Origin: a virus
Length of the DNA: 64,000 nt
Strand: one strand, 5' to 3'
Virus record (IMG/VR): IMGVR_UViG_3300046004_000518
Span: 32,001-96,000 of that record
In this document: positions 26,409 to 37,341 of the stretch, piece by piece
How the letters are laid out: every line of letters begins with the position of its first letter
Numbering within the stretch: position 1 is the stretch's first letter
Program-made: the position numbers and the translations under genes
The notes under the pieces: generated by a model
What the model saw: the letters and a program-made list of their open reading frames with translations, nothing else
The model's database searches: none
What the model was told of the DNA's origin: nothing

Positions 26409-29400
26409 TTAATTAAATACTCCGAGTTTAGCAAATTTAATGTATTTATCTCCGGCTTCAGGTATAGTATAACTATCTCGATAACTATAGAAACGTGTAC
26501 CATTTCCGTCGAACTGGGTGGATATTATTTGTATTTCTTCTGGTATAGCAGTGTAATTTGGTATTAAATTACCAGATTTAACAACTGGATCATAATAGAT
26601 GTTAGATGTACCGTAGGTAAATCCATTTCTTACGTACAATTTATTATAGAATGTTACTTCTTGTATATATGTTAGGGTGACTATATTATCGGCGTTGATA
26701 TTAATACGCCATATACCAATACGTTCATTGGCTATCAACGGATCAAAGTTATGTTCGTTGTAGCCCGGCACTGCACCAGCGGCATCCCAACCTAGATCAT
26801 CTAAGGTAACTGATCCTACATTACCTGGAGTTCCTGCGTCATAATCCCAGGAATCTCCGCCCCATACTGTGGTAACATCGCGCCATCCTTGATTATAATC
26901 GCCAATGTCGTTTTGTCCTTGTTTGAATTCTTGTTGAGCAAACACCAGAGTTTCACCATCTTTGAAGTGAGTCATACCGTCTAATCCACCGATACTAATA
27001 ATTGCTGATTTAGCACGATTATTAATATCCTCATAAGGTGTAGTTATAGCATAATCAACAGTGCCGGCATCAGCGAATACACTAGATAATCCAGGATAAC
27101 GGTCAAAGGTTGTTTCACTACTAGTAATAAATGCACCAGCAGTAATATCATAATTGGCAGAATATATATTATCAACTTGATAACGATCAACAGTAAAGTC
27201 AATTTCATTCATATTATAATTTTGTTGCGCAAATCTATAGGCAATTAAACTGCTAGCACCCGGCACTGTATATGCAAGTACCACAGCACGAGTGAATCCA
27301 AGTACGAAGCCATTTTCTTGTCTACTGGTCATCCAATCAGGCAATGCACCTTTGTTGGCATAGCCAAGCGCAGCAACAGTAACATCCTTCATATTACTAA
27401 AAGCATTTGGATATGCAGTGGTATAGGCATTTCCATCGTAATCGTAATACGGAGTAGCAATAGCTGGATATACAATATCCGCAGGACCCTGTCCACTTGC
27501 ATTGGTGTTATCATCAGTTACTTCTAAATATACAACTTCATATTTAATATTAAAATTACTATCACGTGCCACTGCTGTTTTTACACCACCAAGTGCAATT
27601 CGTTTTTCGTAATGATTAGTTGATACCACTGCAGCATATTCTGATAATAAACTTGGATTTAATCCTGGTAAAAATAATGTTTTAATATCATTAGCCAAAC
27701 CAAAGAATGGATCTTCGTTACGATATATTAGTTCTGGCGGAAATATAGATGTGTTGTGCATAATTGATGTAAATTGCGCACGCTGTTCTTTTGATGGTAG
27801 AGCTTTGCAATATAAATCTTCATATGGTGTATTATTTCTATTCAGCACTCGAATAGTAAATGTACGATCTGATGTAACACTAAGGGCAGAATCTTGAGCA
27901 GTAACAGTAAATGTATATGTACTATCAAATGTTGTTGTTGCTTCGCCTAATATATTACCATCTAAGAATGTAGTACCTTGATCCAAACTAAACAACTCGA
28001 AACTAACTCTGCCAGATAGTAATCCCCCAAGGGTAAGTATTAACCCCTGTGGTAATCGATGCGCACTATTAGCGGACAAATTATAATACAAAAGTTTACC
28101 TTTTGTTGATATAGCACTAATAGATAAATCACTGATTCGGCCGTTTTCAATTGTACCTAAGTCACTTGGGGTGATCCAATTAATTTTATTATTTAAATCA
28201 CCCAATACAGTTAATGTAAACAGGCCAGTGGCTTGATACGCTGGGTAATCTCTTTTATACACCACAACTTCAAATGGATATTGAATTTCATTAGCCGATA
28301 TAGTGGGTAATCTTCCAGTAAGCCAGCCTGAATTTATATCTATGGTTATCTCATCGGAAATATATAAAGGACTTTGATCAAATTTTGATTCATCAAACCC
28401 AATTGTACCTTCAGTAGATAATAGTCCCAATGTAACTCCAACACTGATTACAGAAGTGGGAGTAGCTCCAGTACTAACGGCATTTATATATGTTATTGCA
28501 CTAGTAGCAGATGAGTTAAGTGTAAAGGACTCTGCACTATTGTACACCATTCCGATATCGGCCTGGGCTATAACATCGATTGGATATACAGGTATATCAG
28601 TTGTATTAATAGTTAAGTTGCCGGATCCTGTAGTAAATGTACCAGAAGTAAATGCAACAGGAACATTGGTGGTAGATACAACATTCGCTGTTACTGTTGC
28701 AGTTGCACCCGAAGATGTCTGAGTAATCACATCACCGATATTAGCGGTTATTCCTACTGGAGTTTCGGCTCCGGCAAATGTGTATGGATATGCATCTATA
28801 TTGGTGCTGTTAATTGCTATATTACCCGATTCGAGTATAAATGCATTACCTGAATAGGTTACGGATAATTCATCTGAAATGACTACATTGGCAGTCACTG
28901 TGGCAATTGCTCCACTACTGGATTGTGTAATAATATCACCGATGTTGGCTGAAACTAATACATCATTGAATACTGTAGATATAGGATAAGCATTGATATA
29001 AGTGCCATTAATTTGTACATTACTATGTACACTTATATTACCAGCAATAAATGAACCAGCAGTTAGTTCAATTGCCACTGTGGGAGAATTTACCACGTTT
29101 GCTCGAACTGTTGCATTTGCTGTGCCGCTGGGTTGTGTAATAAAATCACCAACATTAGCAGTAATCAATTGGTCAGATACTGCTAAAACACCAATATTTG
29201 TATTTCCTCGGATAGTCAATGTGCCAACAATAACTTCACCTAAAACTTCTATACTACCCACAGTAGAACTTATAGTAGCGATAGTGGCATTGGCAGAACT
29301 TATTGTTTGGGTAATAAAATCACCCGGAGCTCCAGCAATTATAGTATCGCCTGTTAATCTTAATTTAATATAATTATTTACAGTAGCGTCATACCAATTT

Positions 29401-30530
29401 AATTCATCGAGAGTAGTTAAACTTAATATTTTAATATCATCACCGGATAACAGTGCCGGTTTGGTAATATTTTCTACTGAATTAACTCCTACGAATAAAT
29501 TGCCTCCGATTAATGTAGATGCAATATATGGACTACCATTACCTATAATAATCTGTTCGTCGAATGTAACTGAGGTTGTACTAGGTAAAGCATATTGTAA
29601 TACATCGCCATCTAAATCTAGCCCAACAATCTGAAACGAAAAATAACTACCTTGTCGTTGATCTTCTAATTCAACCTGTGTAGTTACTATAATCGGTTCG
29701 TGTCGTGCACCGACATCAATAGTAAGTTCGCCAGCACCTGTTACTGTTCTATCTGTGGTAATTAATGTAGAATCCGCTTCAAGTGTTTCTTGCGGAGTTA
29801 CTACTATGTTATACGGAGTTGCATCATAATTTACGCCATCGAATACTTCTACAGTAAAATTAAATGTTTTAGAAATCGCAATAGGCGAAAAATCCCAGCC
29901 AAGTTGACCCCAGGGTGTTACAATTGAATCGTATACTTGCCAGCTTGGATTTGTTACCGGATGAGCTGAATCAACATATCCAGGATCTCCGTTGTCTAAA
30001 TGGCCGCCCCACCCTGACTCGCTGCTCGGACCGGGTCCGATGATTGGTTGAATGTATCCGTAGAGTAGTCCACCGGCTGATAATGATATTCCTGGTGGGA
30101 GCTCACCGTCCTTTAGACGCCAACTTAATGTGGCACCGGGCGTAGCTTCAATTGCTTCTAATTGTATATTAAGTATAGTACCATCAAATCGTAGGCCAAG
30201 ATCAACATCGCGCGGTATGATGATTGGAGGAGCAACATTGGACACTGTGATATTAAATGTTCTATCAGCAAGTCCGTTTGTTACAGAATTTTTTACTCTA
30301 ATAGTAAATGTATATGTAACGTTTTGATCACCACCCAATTCACTTACTGGGATACCTTGCAATTTACCTGTAGGTATTAATTGTATACCTAAAGGTAATT
30401 TTCCTGAGATATGACTATAAACTAATGTACCGCCGGATGCATCATATGCATCTAAATCATAGTCGTAATACTCGAGCTCGGGTATTATACCTAGTTGTCC
30501 TGCAGAAGTAATCCACTTTGGTAATGCCAT
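26409..30530 (-). CDS. Large baseplate/tail protein with putative Ig domains
   Basis: 1373 aa; G-x-LP-x-G-x-x-L-x-x-x-G Ig-like repeats, YTFT-x-x-V; four GD-x-ITQ repeats. Confidence 0.7.
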   Translation of the reverse strand: MALPKWITSAGQLGIIPELEYYDYDLDAYDASGGTLVYSHISGKLPLGIQLIPTGKLQGIPVSELGGDQNVTYTFTIRVKNSVTNGLADRTFNITVSNVAPPIIIPRDVDLGLRFDGTILNIQLEAIEATPGATLSWRLKDGELPPGISLSAGGLLYGYIQPIIGPGPSSESGWGGHLDNGDPGYVDSAHPVTNPSWQVYDSIVTPWGQLGWDFSPIAISKTFNFTVEVFDGVNYDATPYNIVVTPQETLEADSTLITTDRTVTGAGELTIDVGARHEPIIVTTQVELEDQRQGSYFSFQIVGLDLDGDVLQYALPSTTSVTFDEQIIIGNGSPYIASTLIGGNLFVGVNSVENITKPALLSGDDIKILSLTTLDELNWYDATVNNYIKLRLTGDTIIAGAPGDFITQTISSANATIATISSTVGSIEVLGEVIVGTLTIRGNTNIGVLAVSDQLITANVGDFITQPSGTANATVRANVVNSPTVAIELTAGSFIAGNISVHSNVQINGTYINAYPISTVFNDVLVSANIGDIITQSSSGAIATVTANVVISDELSVTYSGNAFILESGNIAINSTNIDAYPYTFAGAETPVGITANIGDVITQTSSGATATVTANVVSTTNVPVAFTSGTFTTGSGNLTINTTDIPVYPIDVIAQADIGMVYNSAESFTLNSSATSAITYINAVSTGATPTSVISVGVTLGLLSTEGTIGFDESKFDQSPLYISDEITIDINSGWLTGRLPTISANEIQYPFEVVVYKRDYPAYQATGLFTLTVLGDLNNKINWITPSDLGTIENGRISDLSISAISTKGKLLYYNLSANSAHRLPQGLILTLGGLLSGRVSFELFSLDQGTTFLDGNILGEATTTFDSTYTFTVTAQDSALSVTSDRTFTIRVLNRNNTPYEDLYCKALPSKEQRAQFTSIMHNTSIFPPELIYRNEDPFFGLANDIKTLFLPGLNPSLLSEYAAVVSTNHYEKRIALGGVKTAVARDSNFNIKYEVVYLEVTDDNTNASGQGPADIVYPAIATPYYDYDGNAYTTAYPNAFSNMKDVTVAALGYANKGALPDWMTSRQENGFVLGFTRAVVLAYTVPGASSLIAYRFAQQNYNMNEIDFTVDRYQVDNIYSANYDITAGAFITSSETTFDRYPGLSSVFADAGTVDYAITTPYEDINNRAKSAIISIGGLDGMTHFKDGETLVFAQQEFKQGQNDIGDYNQGWRDVTTVWGGDSWDYDAGTPGNVGSVTLDDLGWDAAGAVPGYNEHNFDPLIANERIGIWRININADNIVTLTYIQEVTFYNKLYVRNGFTYGTSNIYYDPVVKSGNLIPNYTAIPEEIQIISTQFDGNGTRFYSYRDSYTIPEAGDKYIKFAKLGVFN

Positions 30531-30538
30531 AATGTACC

Positions 30539-32227
30539 TTAAATAATCACTGCTTCAATAATACCGACATCTCTAGTGGTCTTATTTTCTAATGCTTTGC
30601 CAAATACTGCCGCGCCATAGTTTGTACTACGACTAACACTTATTGCTACTCCAGGAGTGTTACCTGTTACTAATAGATCACCTTTTTTAACAAATCCTTC
30701 TACTTTAACTGGAACACGACCACGTAATGCCACAGGTTGTCCGTCTAATTCGTTATTCATTAGGTACGCAGGATTGGTTGATATAACCCCTGCAACTGCT
30801 GTATCAGCAAATAATTGTGTAGTAGTAATTTCTTTATCACCACCAAATACTACCACAGTACCAGCTTCGTAGTTGGCATCACTTAGATAGTTTTCTGCCA
30901 AGTCGGCATATTTTGCTGTAGTTGATACACCACTGAATGTAGTAGCATATACTGTGGCAAATGTTGCGCCGACTGCACCGATATTAATTGTATTGTGTGT
31001 TGCTGCAGTAATCGTACTACCTACTGTTAGTCCGTTAGTAGCAATTAAATTACTGCTTGTTATGATATTACCAGTTACAGCCAATGAGCCAAGTGTACCC
31101 ACAGATTGTAAGTTTGAATTTACGATTGCTGTTGGTAATGTAGTGCCCGTAATTGCGCTTGCAGCAACTGATCCAGCAGTTCCATCGATGCTAACACCAC
31201 TTAATGATTGTATAGCACCGGTACGATTTAATGCAATAGCAGTTGTACCGATATACACAGTTGAATTACCCATTACTGTACTTGATATAGTGCCTATTAA
31301 ATTACCTGCTGTTAATACAGTTAAATTTGCACCACTAACATTACCAAATGTACCACTCCATGTACCAGCGGTGATTGTACCAACTGTGGCCAATGCACTT
31401 GCTGACGTAATATTATTCTGTGCCGCGGTTTGCAATGTTCCTGTTAAGTTTGTGAAATAACCGTAGTTAAATGTTGCACCACTAGCACCAATATTACCAG
31501 TAGCAGTTGTACCGCCATTTGAAATTGCAGTTGGAGTTGGAGCATTTAATACAATATTACCTAATACCAATGTGTCATATTTGGCATTGGTCAATGGCAT
31601 CTGTGTTGTAATTGTATCTGGAGTTACATTACTAAATAGATTCCATCTACCGTCGGAGTCATCACGTACAAAACCAGTAAGTTGCTCTACGTTGCCCACC
31701 GCGCCAGTAAATCTTCCATAAAAGCCAATATCAAAATTGTATGGATAGGAAGGAATAGTATCAAAATATACAAGTGGACTAGTTGATACTAATGTTGTTG
31801 TACTGGTTGCGACCGCATTGGCAACATATAAATTACCTTGAATATATACATCCTTAGCAATACCGACACCACCGTCGACTATCAATGCACCACTGTTGAA
31901 TTGTAATGCATTTGTAGCATCTGTTATATGTGTAACACCATTAACTGTTGCACCGGTAAGTATGCCAAGTGATGTAATTTGTGACTGAGTCGGTGTACGA
32001 ATTAGACCGTACAAGTTTGTAGCGATTGCACTAGCAGAGGTTGTTATATTCCCAGTGGCTTCAATAGCACCCGATACTTTAATATTACCGATGTTACATC
32101 CGATATCTTCAGTATCTAATAAAAATTCATTTACTTTAGCAAAGGCTGTACGTAGATCATCCCCTGTTCCGTCGTTTGCTACGGTTCCGATATTGACTGG
32201 ATTAAATTGTACTGTGGTTATAGTCAT
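30539..32227 (-). CDS. Tail fibre/baseplate protein: T4 gp9/gp10-like N-terminus, C-terminal autocleaved chaperone-like domain
   Basis: NIGTVANDGTGDDLRTAFAKVN; C-terminal KYADLAENY...GVISTNPA...ALRGRVPVKV. Confidence 0.78.
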   Translation of the reverse strand: MTITTVQFNPVNIGTVANDGTGDDLRTAFAKVNEFLLDTEDIGCNIGNIKVSGAIEATGNITTSASAIATNLYGLIRTPTQSQITSLGILTGATVNGVTHITDATNALQFNSGALIVDGGVGIAKDVYIQGNLYVANAVATSTTTLVSTSPLVYFDTIPSYPYNFDIGFYGRFTGAVGNVEQLTGFVRDDSDGRWNLFSNVTPDTITTQMPLTNAKYDTLVLGNIVLNAPTPTAISNGGTTATGNIGASGATFNYGYFTNLTGTLQTAAQNNITSASALATVGTITAGTWSGTFGNVSGANLTVLTAGNLIGTISSTVMGNSTVYIGTTAIALNRTGAIQSLSGVSIDGTAGSVAASAITGTTLPTAIVNSNLQSVGTLGSLAVTGNIITSSNLIATNGLTVGSTITAATHNTINIGAVGATFATVYATTFSGVSTTAKYADLAENYLSDANYEAGTVVVFGGDKEITTTQLFADTAVAGVISTNPAYLMNNELDGQPVALRGRVPVKVEGFVKKGDLLVTGNTPGVAISVSRSTNYGAAVFGKALENKTTRDVGIIEAVII

Positions 32228-32295
32228 AGTTTCACTCTAATATACTTGTTTAAGTATTTATGTTAAAACTATTATTGTTTAATTTGCTTAGTCAA

Positions 32296-32321
32296 TAAAA
32301 AACCCGCACCAGGCGGGTTTA
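32296..32321 (-). terminator. Intrinsic terminator after erpA
   Basis: aaaaacccgc-acca-ggcgggttt. Confidence 0.7.
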
Positions 32322-32336
32322 CTGAGTAAAAGTTAA

Positions 32337-32657
32337 TTATACTGCAAAACTACTTCCGCAACCACACGTAGTTGTGGCCTGTGGATTTTTGATACTAAAG
32401 TTACTACCTGCTAGAGTTTCGACGTAGTCAACTTCCGCACCTTGTAGATATTGGCTACTCATACTGTCGATTAGTAACTGCACACCATCTAAGTCGATCG
32501 CAAAATCATCTTCGTTCTGAGATTCATCAAACGTGAATCCATAACTAAATCCACTACATCCGCCACCTTGTACAAAGATTCGTAGTTTAGTACCTTCAGT
32601 TTCTTCTGCTAGTAATTCTTTAACTTTTTTAATTGCGTTGGGCTGTACAGTAATCAT
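32337..32657 (-). CDS. erpA: Fe-S cluster A-type carrier ErpA/IscA
   Basis: GGGCSGFSY and TCGCGSSF. Confidence 0.9.
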   Translation of the reverse strand: MITVQPNAIKKVKELLAEETEGTKLRIFVQGGGCSGFSYGFTFDESQNEDDFAIDLDGVQLLIDSMSSQYLQGAEVDYVETLAGSNFSIKNPQATTTCGCGSSFAV

Positions 32658-32658
32658 G

Positions 32659-32874
32659 TTATTTCCTATATACGATTCTTGCTTTGGTTAAGTCATATGG
32701 TGACATCTCAATGTCCACCTTATCACCGAGAATAATTTTAATAGTAAACTTGCGCAATTTTCCACCGATGTATGCTATCACGGTATGATTGTTTTCTAAT
32801 TTAACTCTGAACATGGAATTGCCTAGTACTTCTTCGACTACTCCACTGAATTTTAAGACTTCTTCTTTTGCCAA
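32659..32874 (-). CDS. infA: Translation initiation factor IF-1
   Basis: MAKEE...FRVKLEN...GDKV[17 protein letters not shown]. Confidence 0.95.
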   Translation of the reverse strand: MAKEEVLKFSGVVEEVLGNSMFRVKLENNHTVIAYIGGKLRKFTIKIILGDKVDIEMSPYDLTKARIVYRK

Positions 32875-32907
32875 TGTGGCTGTTTCCTTATTATAATACT
32901 ATTTAAC

Positions 32908-33135
32908 CTAATTGACTGTTAATTGATACCAAGTATACTCTTCCGGTGTCATATACTGATGTAAGATAACTGGGGTACTCGGGCCATGGATTACCCTAAC
33001 CCCGTGATAATATTTCCTTAACCAAATCCATTGGCCGCTGTCTACGCTACGTGGAAGCCAAGCAAATTTTAAACTCCATTCCCAACTGCTGTCCCACATA
33101 CTACCCCAATAATTTGTATATCCTGCTCCCATCAC
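32908..33135 (-). CDS. Hypothetical Trp-rich protein
   Basis: KFAWLP...WIWLRKYY pattern. Confidence 0.6.
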   Translation of the reverse strand: MMGAGYTNYWGSMWDSSWEWSLKFAWLPRSVDSGQWIWLRKYYHGVRVIHGPSTPVILHQYMTPEEYTWYQLTVN

Positions 33136-33459
33136 TTATTTTTTACACCACGGTGAGGTATTCTTTGTCCAATCTTGTACTAGTAAACTACTAATCATTA
33201 ACCGATTGTATAGAGGGTATAACCACGCCCAATCAAGCCTATCCATTGGTTTACTTACTAAATCACCTAACCAGTACAATACTCGGCTTACTATGCACCC
33301 AATAAACTTTTTCATTATGCTTTATCTTTTAACAAAATTTAACGATTTTAACTGTGTAAAACAATTCATTGAGGGCTTGCTCGATTCGATAATATTCAGT
33401 GTCACCAATTCTTGTTGCATTTCCTTGACAGACAAGTTTTAATTCTTTATTTTCTGTCA

Positions 33460-33849
33460 TTACCCACGTCTCATTTTACTAATATCAATAGCATCTTCTT
33501 TGCTGAATACAGGCACAGCATTTGACTTGTGTAATTGACCAATGCCAACCATAGCGGTACCAGTATATACTTTATCCTCCGGACGTACTGCTATACTGAT
33601 AGTATCGGGCTTACTAGCATGTCTAGGACCAGTATCTCTACGATAAGGCTCTGTAGGCTTATATGCAGGTGCCTTAAGCGCACGATTACGCTTACGTTCT
33701 TCTTGCTCAATGCCCCATTTCTTTTGTAGTTCTTTCCAGGATTCTTCGTTCATACGTGCCTTTTGTGCATGTGCTGCAGTGCGGAATTTTTCCTTGCCCT
33801 TACGTTTACCTGTAGTAGTAAGATACGGACCGACCATGTGCATTGTCAT
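33460..33849 (-). CDS. Hypothetical phage protein
   Basis: 129 aa basic; C-terminal VYTG...HKSNAVPVF...MRR. Confidence 0.7.
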   Translation of the reverse strand: MTMHMVGPYLTTTGKRKGKEKFRTAAHAQKARMNEESWKELQKKWGIEQEERKRNRALKAPAYKPTEPYRRDTGPRHASKPDTISIAVRPEDKVYTGTAMVGIGQLHKSNAVPVFSKEDAIDISKMRRG

Positions 33850-33873
33850 ATATTCTTTCCTTGCTATCTAATG

Positions 33874-34062
33874 TTATTCATCAATGTCGTCGTCAATGGT
33901 TAATTGCTCAACCATATCACACATTGAACTAAAACACCACGGGCAAAACGCAACAGGCAACATACCAAAGTGACCTAATATGCCGCCTTCATCTTCGGTA
34001 AATTCGCTTGAACAAACATTACACTTATGTTCTTCACCAACATGATCAAATCCAACTATCAT
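33874..34062 (-). CDS. Small Cys-rich (Zn-binding?) protein
   Basis: CNVC...CPWC. Confidence 0.6.
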   Translation of the reverse strand: MIVGFDHVGEEHKCNVCSSEFTEDEGGILGHFGMLPVAFCPWCFSSMCDMVEQLTIDDDIDE

Positions 34063-34256
34063 ACATTAGTACCTGCGGTTGCAATTAAGTCTCGCTTAAT
34101 CATGTTGTATGCAGTGCGCTCTTGTTTGTCTAAATCGTCCCAATTCTTTTCCATGCTGTCTAAAGCACCCCAAAGATTGCGCTGTCCGTACGCCTCGCCT
34201 GCCCACTGTACAATGCTATACGCTTGTTCAATATCCATATACACAGGTGTGCTCAT
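34059..34256 (-). CDS. Hypothetical protein
   Basis: 65 aa, first gene after the promoter at 34289. Confidence 0.65.
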   Translation of the reverse strand: MSTPVYMDIEQAYSIVQWAGEAYGQRNLWGALDSMEKNWDDLDKQERTAYNMIKRDLIATAGTNV

Positions 34257-34288
34257 GATTAGTACCTTTCTTAATTATCAATACAAGT

Positions 34289-34317
34289 ATTATACACTAA
34301 AATCAGTTAGATGTCAA
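34289..34317 (-). promoter_or_regulatory. sigma70 promoter
   Basis: TTGACA-17-TATAAT. Confidence 0.85.
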
Positions 34318-34625
34318 GTGTTAATATAGCGCAGTAATGACTTGCCCGGAAACATTGCTTCAGCTGTGGCCCATAGTGCTTCTTCTGTATCGGCCTGACA
34401 GATAAATGCGTTGGTTACCGCGTCATACATCATCACTCGATCCGCTACAACCTCAACACTGACTAATTTAACTGTTGAAATATCAAGTTGAGTTTTTGTA
34501 TTAATTTTAGCAATTTCTTTTCGATAGTTAGAATAAAATTTAACAATAAAAAATGTTGTAAATAGTACACAAAAAGTAATATATCCTGTTATTATTACAT
34601 TAAATATTAAAATTATCAAGTCCAT
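34314..34625 (-). CDS. Hypothetical membrane-anchored protein
   Basis: N-terminal TM helix. Confidence 0.6.
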   Translation of the reverse strand: MDLIILIFNVIITGYITFCVLFTTFFIVKFYSNYRKEIAKINTKTQLDISTVKLVSVEVVADRVMMYDAVTNAFICQADTEEALWATAEAMFPGKSLLRYINT

Positions 34626-35443
34626 AGCGATTTCCTTAATTTAACTAAACGAATTAACATTTCTTCATCTTCTGCGTCATACTGCTTTTCAAGACGATCC
34701 ATTGCTGCTAAGATAGCTCTGCTACGTTTTTTATCTTTTTTACTTCCCTCGGCAAAGAGCCAATCTTCTCCATCTTTGACGCTAGTATCTTCGCAGTACT
34801 TTGTCCAACCACAGTAATCATAGGCATCAGCACGTTGTGGACGAACATGTTTCCACCAGTAGTATAATTCCCATTTTTCTTTAGCGGCTTCTGCTTGCGG
34901 TGTGGGTTTACCGTATAATGGATCTTTCTTCTTTGTCCATTCGTCGTTGTACTTAAGAGTCATTTCCCACTCTAAGTGCGCAATAGATGCTTCTGGACAG
35001 CGCCACTCTGCAAACCAACGAGTGTACCACTGTGCTCTCCACCACGGCATACGATATTTTGCACGTTCTTCTTTACTGCCCCAACACACATGACTCCATG
35101 CTGTTTCAATTTCGATAAAGTCAACAAAACTGTCAAAAGATGAATGTAGTAAGCGTTCTTCAAACTCGTGCCATTGCCCACGTTTAAGTCTGCTGGTAAG
35201 TGCGTGTGTTCGAGTAGTGTAGCGATTGTTTAGGTAGTAGCGTACATCGTTAATACGTTCTGGAATATAGCACCAAACATCTTGCGCCCGGCTCAATGCT
35301 GTTTCTACTAACCAATAGCGAAATGGATGGGTAGTTTTGGCTAACTTTGTCCAAGCATTCCATTCTTCGCTGGTACCACTGTCGATACTTTTTGTGCCGC
35401 GAAGCCAATCCGCAAACTTCCCAATTGTCCAATAATTTCTCAT
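34616..35443 (-). CDS. Hypothetical Trp-rich phage protein
   Basis: 275 aa ORF. Confidence 0.75.
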   Translation of the reverse strand: MRNYWTIGKFADWLRGTKSIDSGTSEEWNAWTKLAKTTHPFRYWLVETALSRAQDVWCYIPERINDVRYYLNNRYTTRTHALTSRLKRGQWHEFEERLLHSSFDSFVDFIEIETAWSHVCWGSKEERAKYRMPWWRAQWYTRWFAEWRCPEASIAHLEWEMTLKYNDEWTKKKDPLYGKPTPQAEAAKEKWELYYWWKHVRPQRADAYDYCGWTKYCEDTSVKDGEDWLFAEGSKKDKKRSRAILAAMDRLEKQYDAEDEEMLIRLVKLRKSLWT

Positions 35444-35450
35444 ATTATTC

Positions 35451-35630
35451 CTAGTGTGCTAACACTGCCATTAAATGTATCTGTGGGTCATTAAATTCAA
35501 ACTTGTAATGTAATGGGCTCATTGATAACAATTGTAAATCCCACTCATTGTTATTTAAGTTCGCACGACACCAGTCAATACATTTTGCGGTACGGGCAAC
35601 ATCACTGTAGATATCAATCTTGTGAGTCAT
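35451..35630 (-). CDS. Hypothetical; likely start MTHK at 35630
   Basis: ORF, operon spacing. Confidence 0.55.
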   Translation of the reverse strand: MTHKIDIYSDVARTAKCIDWCRANLNNNEWDLQLLSMSPLHYKFEFNDPQIHLMAVLAH

Positions 35631-36012
35631 TTTCGGTACCGTGTAGTAATGCTTCGAGTGTTTTGTAGTGGTCGAATGCCTGCTGTAATGCTTCATACTT
35701 GGCTAACAATTCGGGTTTAGGTTCAAGTATGCTAAGACGTTGCTCTACTTTCTGCATCCATATTACCATACTTTTATCGCCAATTATAATGTCTGGATTA
35801 GCACCTTCTAAAGTTAGTTGCCCCTGCATTGATGTTTTAGCACTAGTGCTAGCCCAATTAGTACCTGCGCCGCCAGACATTAATACACTACCAGTTCCGC
35901 CGCTACCTCCTGCTCCTAACATAGTAACAGTACCGGTTCCAGCGCCACCACTACCTAAGGTGATATTACTTGTATTAGGTGTTGAATGATACCCTGGGTA
36001 TACTATTGCCAC
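35614..36012 (-). CDS. Hypothetical protein
   Basis: Gly-rich N-part, C-terminal EQRLSIL-x-P...YEALQQA helix. Confidence 0.7.
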   Translation of the reverse strand: MAIVYPGYHSTPNTSNITLGSGGAGTGTVTMLGAGGSGGTGSVLMSGGAGTNWASTSAKTSMQGQLTLEGANPDIIIGDKSMVIWMQKVEQRLSILEPKPELLAKYEALQQAFDHYKTLEALLHGTENDSQD

Positions 36013-36167
36013 TAGTTTTTACTCTTGCAATCACAGTTACGACCTTGATTACAGTTGCCCGTACAATTAGTGTCAACGTCGCTGCCGTGTGGTCCAAACA
36101 CCATATAAACTAAGCCTAAACCAATTGCCGCAAGTACAGCCATTGCTAATATTACGTATTCTAACAT
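36012..36167 (-). CDS. Small membrane protein with Cys motif; likely start MLEY at 36167
   Basis: TM helix followed by CTGNCNQGRNCDC. Confidence 0.65.
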   Translation of the reverse strand: MLEYVILAMAVLAAIGLGLVYMVFGPHGSDVDTNCTGNCNQGRNCDCKSKN

Positions 36168-36168
36168 A

Positions 36169-36870
36169 TTAATCTTCCTCCTCGTCGTCGGTGTAGTCAT
36201 CTTCGTCACGTTCTTCACCTTGGTACACTGGTTCTCCACCTACAATGATCCACTTATTCTCACCCCATTTACCATTGGTGTCGTAGTCATTGCCGTCGAT
36301 GTCTTCACCATCATATTGCACGCCAGTGGTAATTTCCCAACCATCCATGTCTTCATAGAATACACGTAGTTTGCTAGGATCAAACGGGGCTTTAATTTCA
36401 AAATCATTGCCGAAGAACGTACCCTTTTCACCTTGCGCACCGTAGAATACTACAGTGCCCGCAGGATAGTCACTGATATACTTTTCATCAATACAATCAT
36501 ATTCTGCACCATTATCACTTAATGCACCACCTAATGGACTAGTCCAAATTTCTGCACCAGTTTCATCATAGACTGTGATATTGCTACTGTCATCAAATGT
36601 AGCACCACTGGTATGTACATCATCACATTCATACGGACTTCCTGGTGTAAATGGCTGTAGGTCAAATGGAACGTCATCCCACATACGTTCTTCCCAACTA
36701 CCGGCATACTGTTCGATATCAATCTCTTTATCTTTAAAGAAATCGTAGATCTTACGGTCAACCTTGCCCCAATAAATTTCACCCCCACGACCCCAAATCT
36801 CAACACGATAAGTCTGCGGAGTAAATTTAAGTGTTTGTAATAACTCTTCTTTTTCCTGATCAGTTGCCAT
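36169..36870 (-). CDS. Hypothetical acidic protein
   Basis: 233 aa, GGAGAA RBS, promoter upstream. Confidence 0.75.
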   Translation of the reverse strand: MATDQEKEELLQTLKFTPQTYRVEIWGRGGEIYWGKVDRKIYDFFKDKEIDIEQYAGSWEERMWDDVPFDLQPFTPGSPYECDDVHTSGATFDDSSNITVYDETGAEIWTSPLGGALSDNGAEYDCIDEKYISDYPAGTVVFYGAQGEKGTFFGNDFEIKAPFDPSKLRVFYEDMDGWEITTGVQYDGEDIDGNDYDTNGKWGENKWIIVGGEPVYQGEERDEDDYTDDEEED

Positions 36871-36895
36871 AGTGTTCTCCCTTTACATTAATTAC

Positions 36896-36924
36896 ATTAT
36901 ACATTAAACAGCCTCTGCTGTCAA
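36896..36924 (-). promoter_or_regulatory. sigma70 promoter
   Basis: TTGACA-17-TATAAT. Confidence 0.8.
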
Positions 36925-37341
36925 GTATTGATTTTGCACACGATCGATAGCATCGTTCAATTGGTCCAAACTAATGCCATGGTCCTCGTAACCATCTGCT
37001 ACCATGTTATAATAACTGTTACTTGGTAGGCTAAGTTGCTCATCTGGATACATTAAGTAGGTCATTGCAGTGTGCAGGGTACCATCAATCAACACTGTGA
37101 CCGTTTGTTTGGTATAGTATACCGGATAGCCTTCTAGTATATCTAAGGCATCTTCGCAGTCATCTGATATTTCCCAAACTACACCAACTGTATTACTAGC
37201 GTAATCAGCTACCACAGTAGCAAAGGATTTAAATTCAAAGCGGAATCCTGGCAATACTGCGGCTCCTAAACTTACTGCCTGTGGACAACGTCGAGCCATT
37301 TGTGCTAGATTAGTATTCATTCCGTAACTGAAGTATTTCAT
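36904..37341 (-). CDS. Gamma-glutamylcyclotransferase family protein
   Basis: YFSYGMN-x-N-x-x-QM-x-x-RCP, LD-x-LEGYP-x-x-Y. Confidence 0.85.
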   Translation of the reverse strand: MKYFSYGMNTNLAQMARRCPQAVSLGAAVLPGFRFEFKSFATVVADYASNTVGVVWEISDDCEDALDILEGYPVYYTKQTVTVLIDGTLHTAMTYLMYPDEQLSLPSNSYYNMVADGYEDHGISLDQLNDAIDRVQNQYLTAEAV

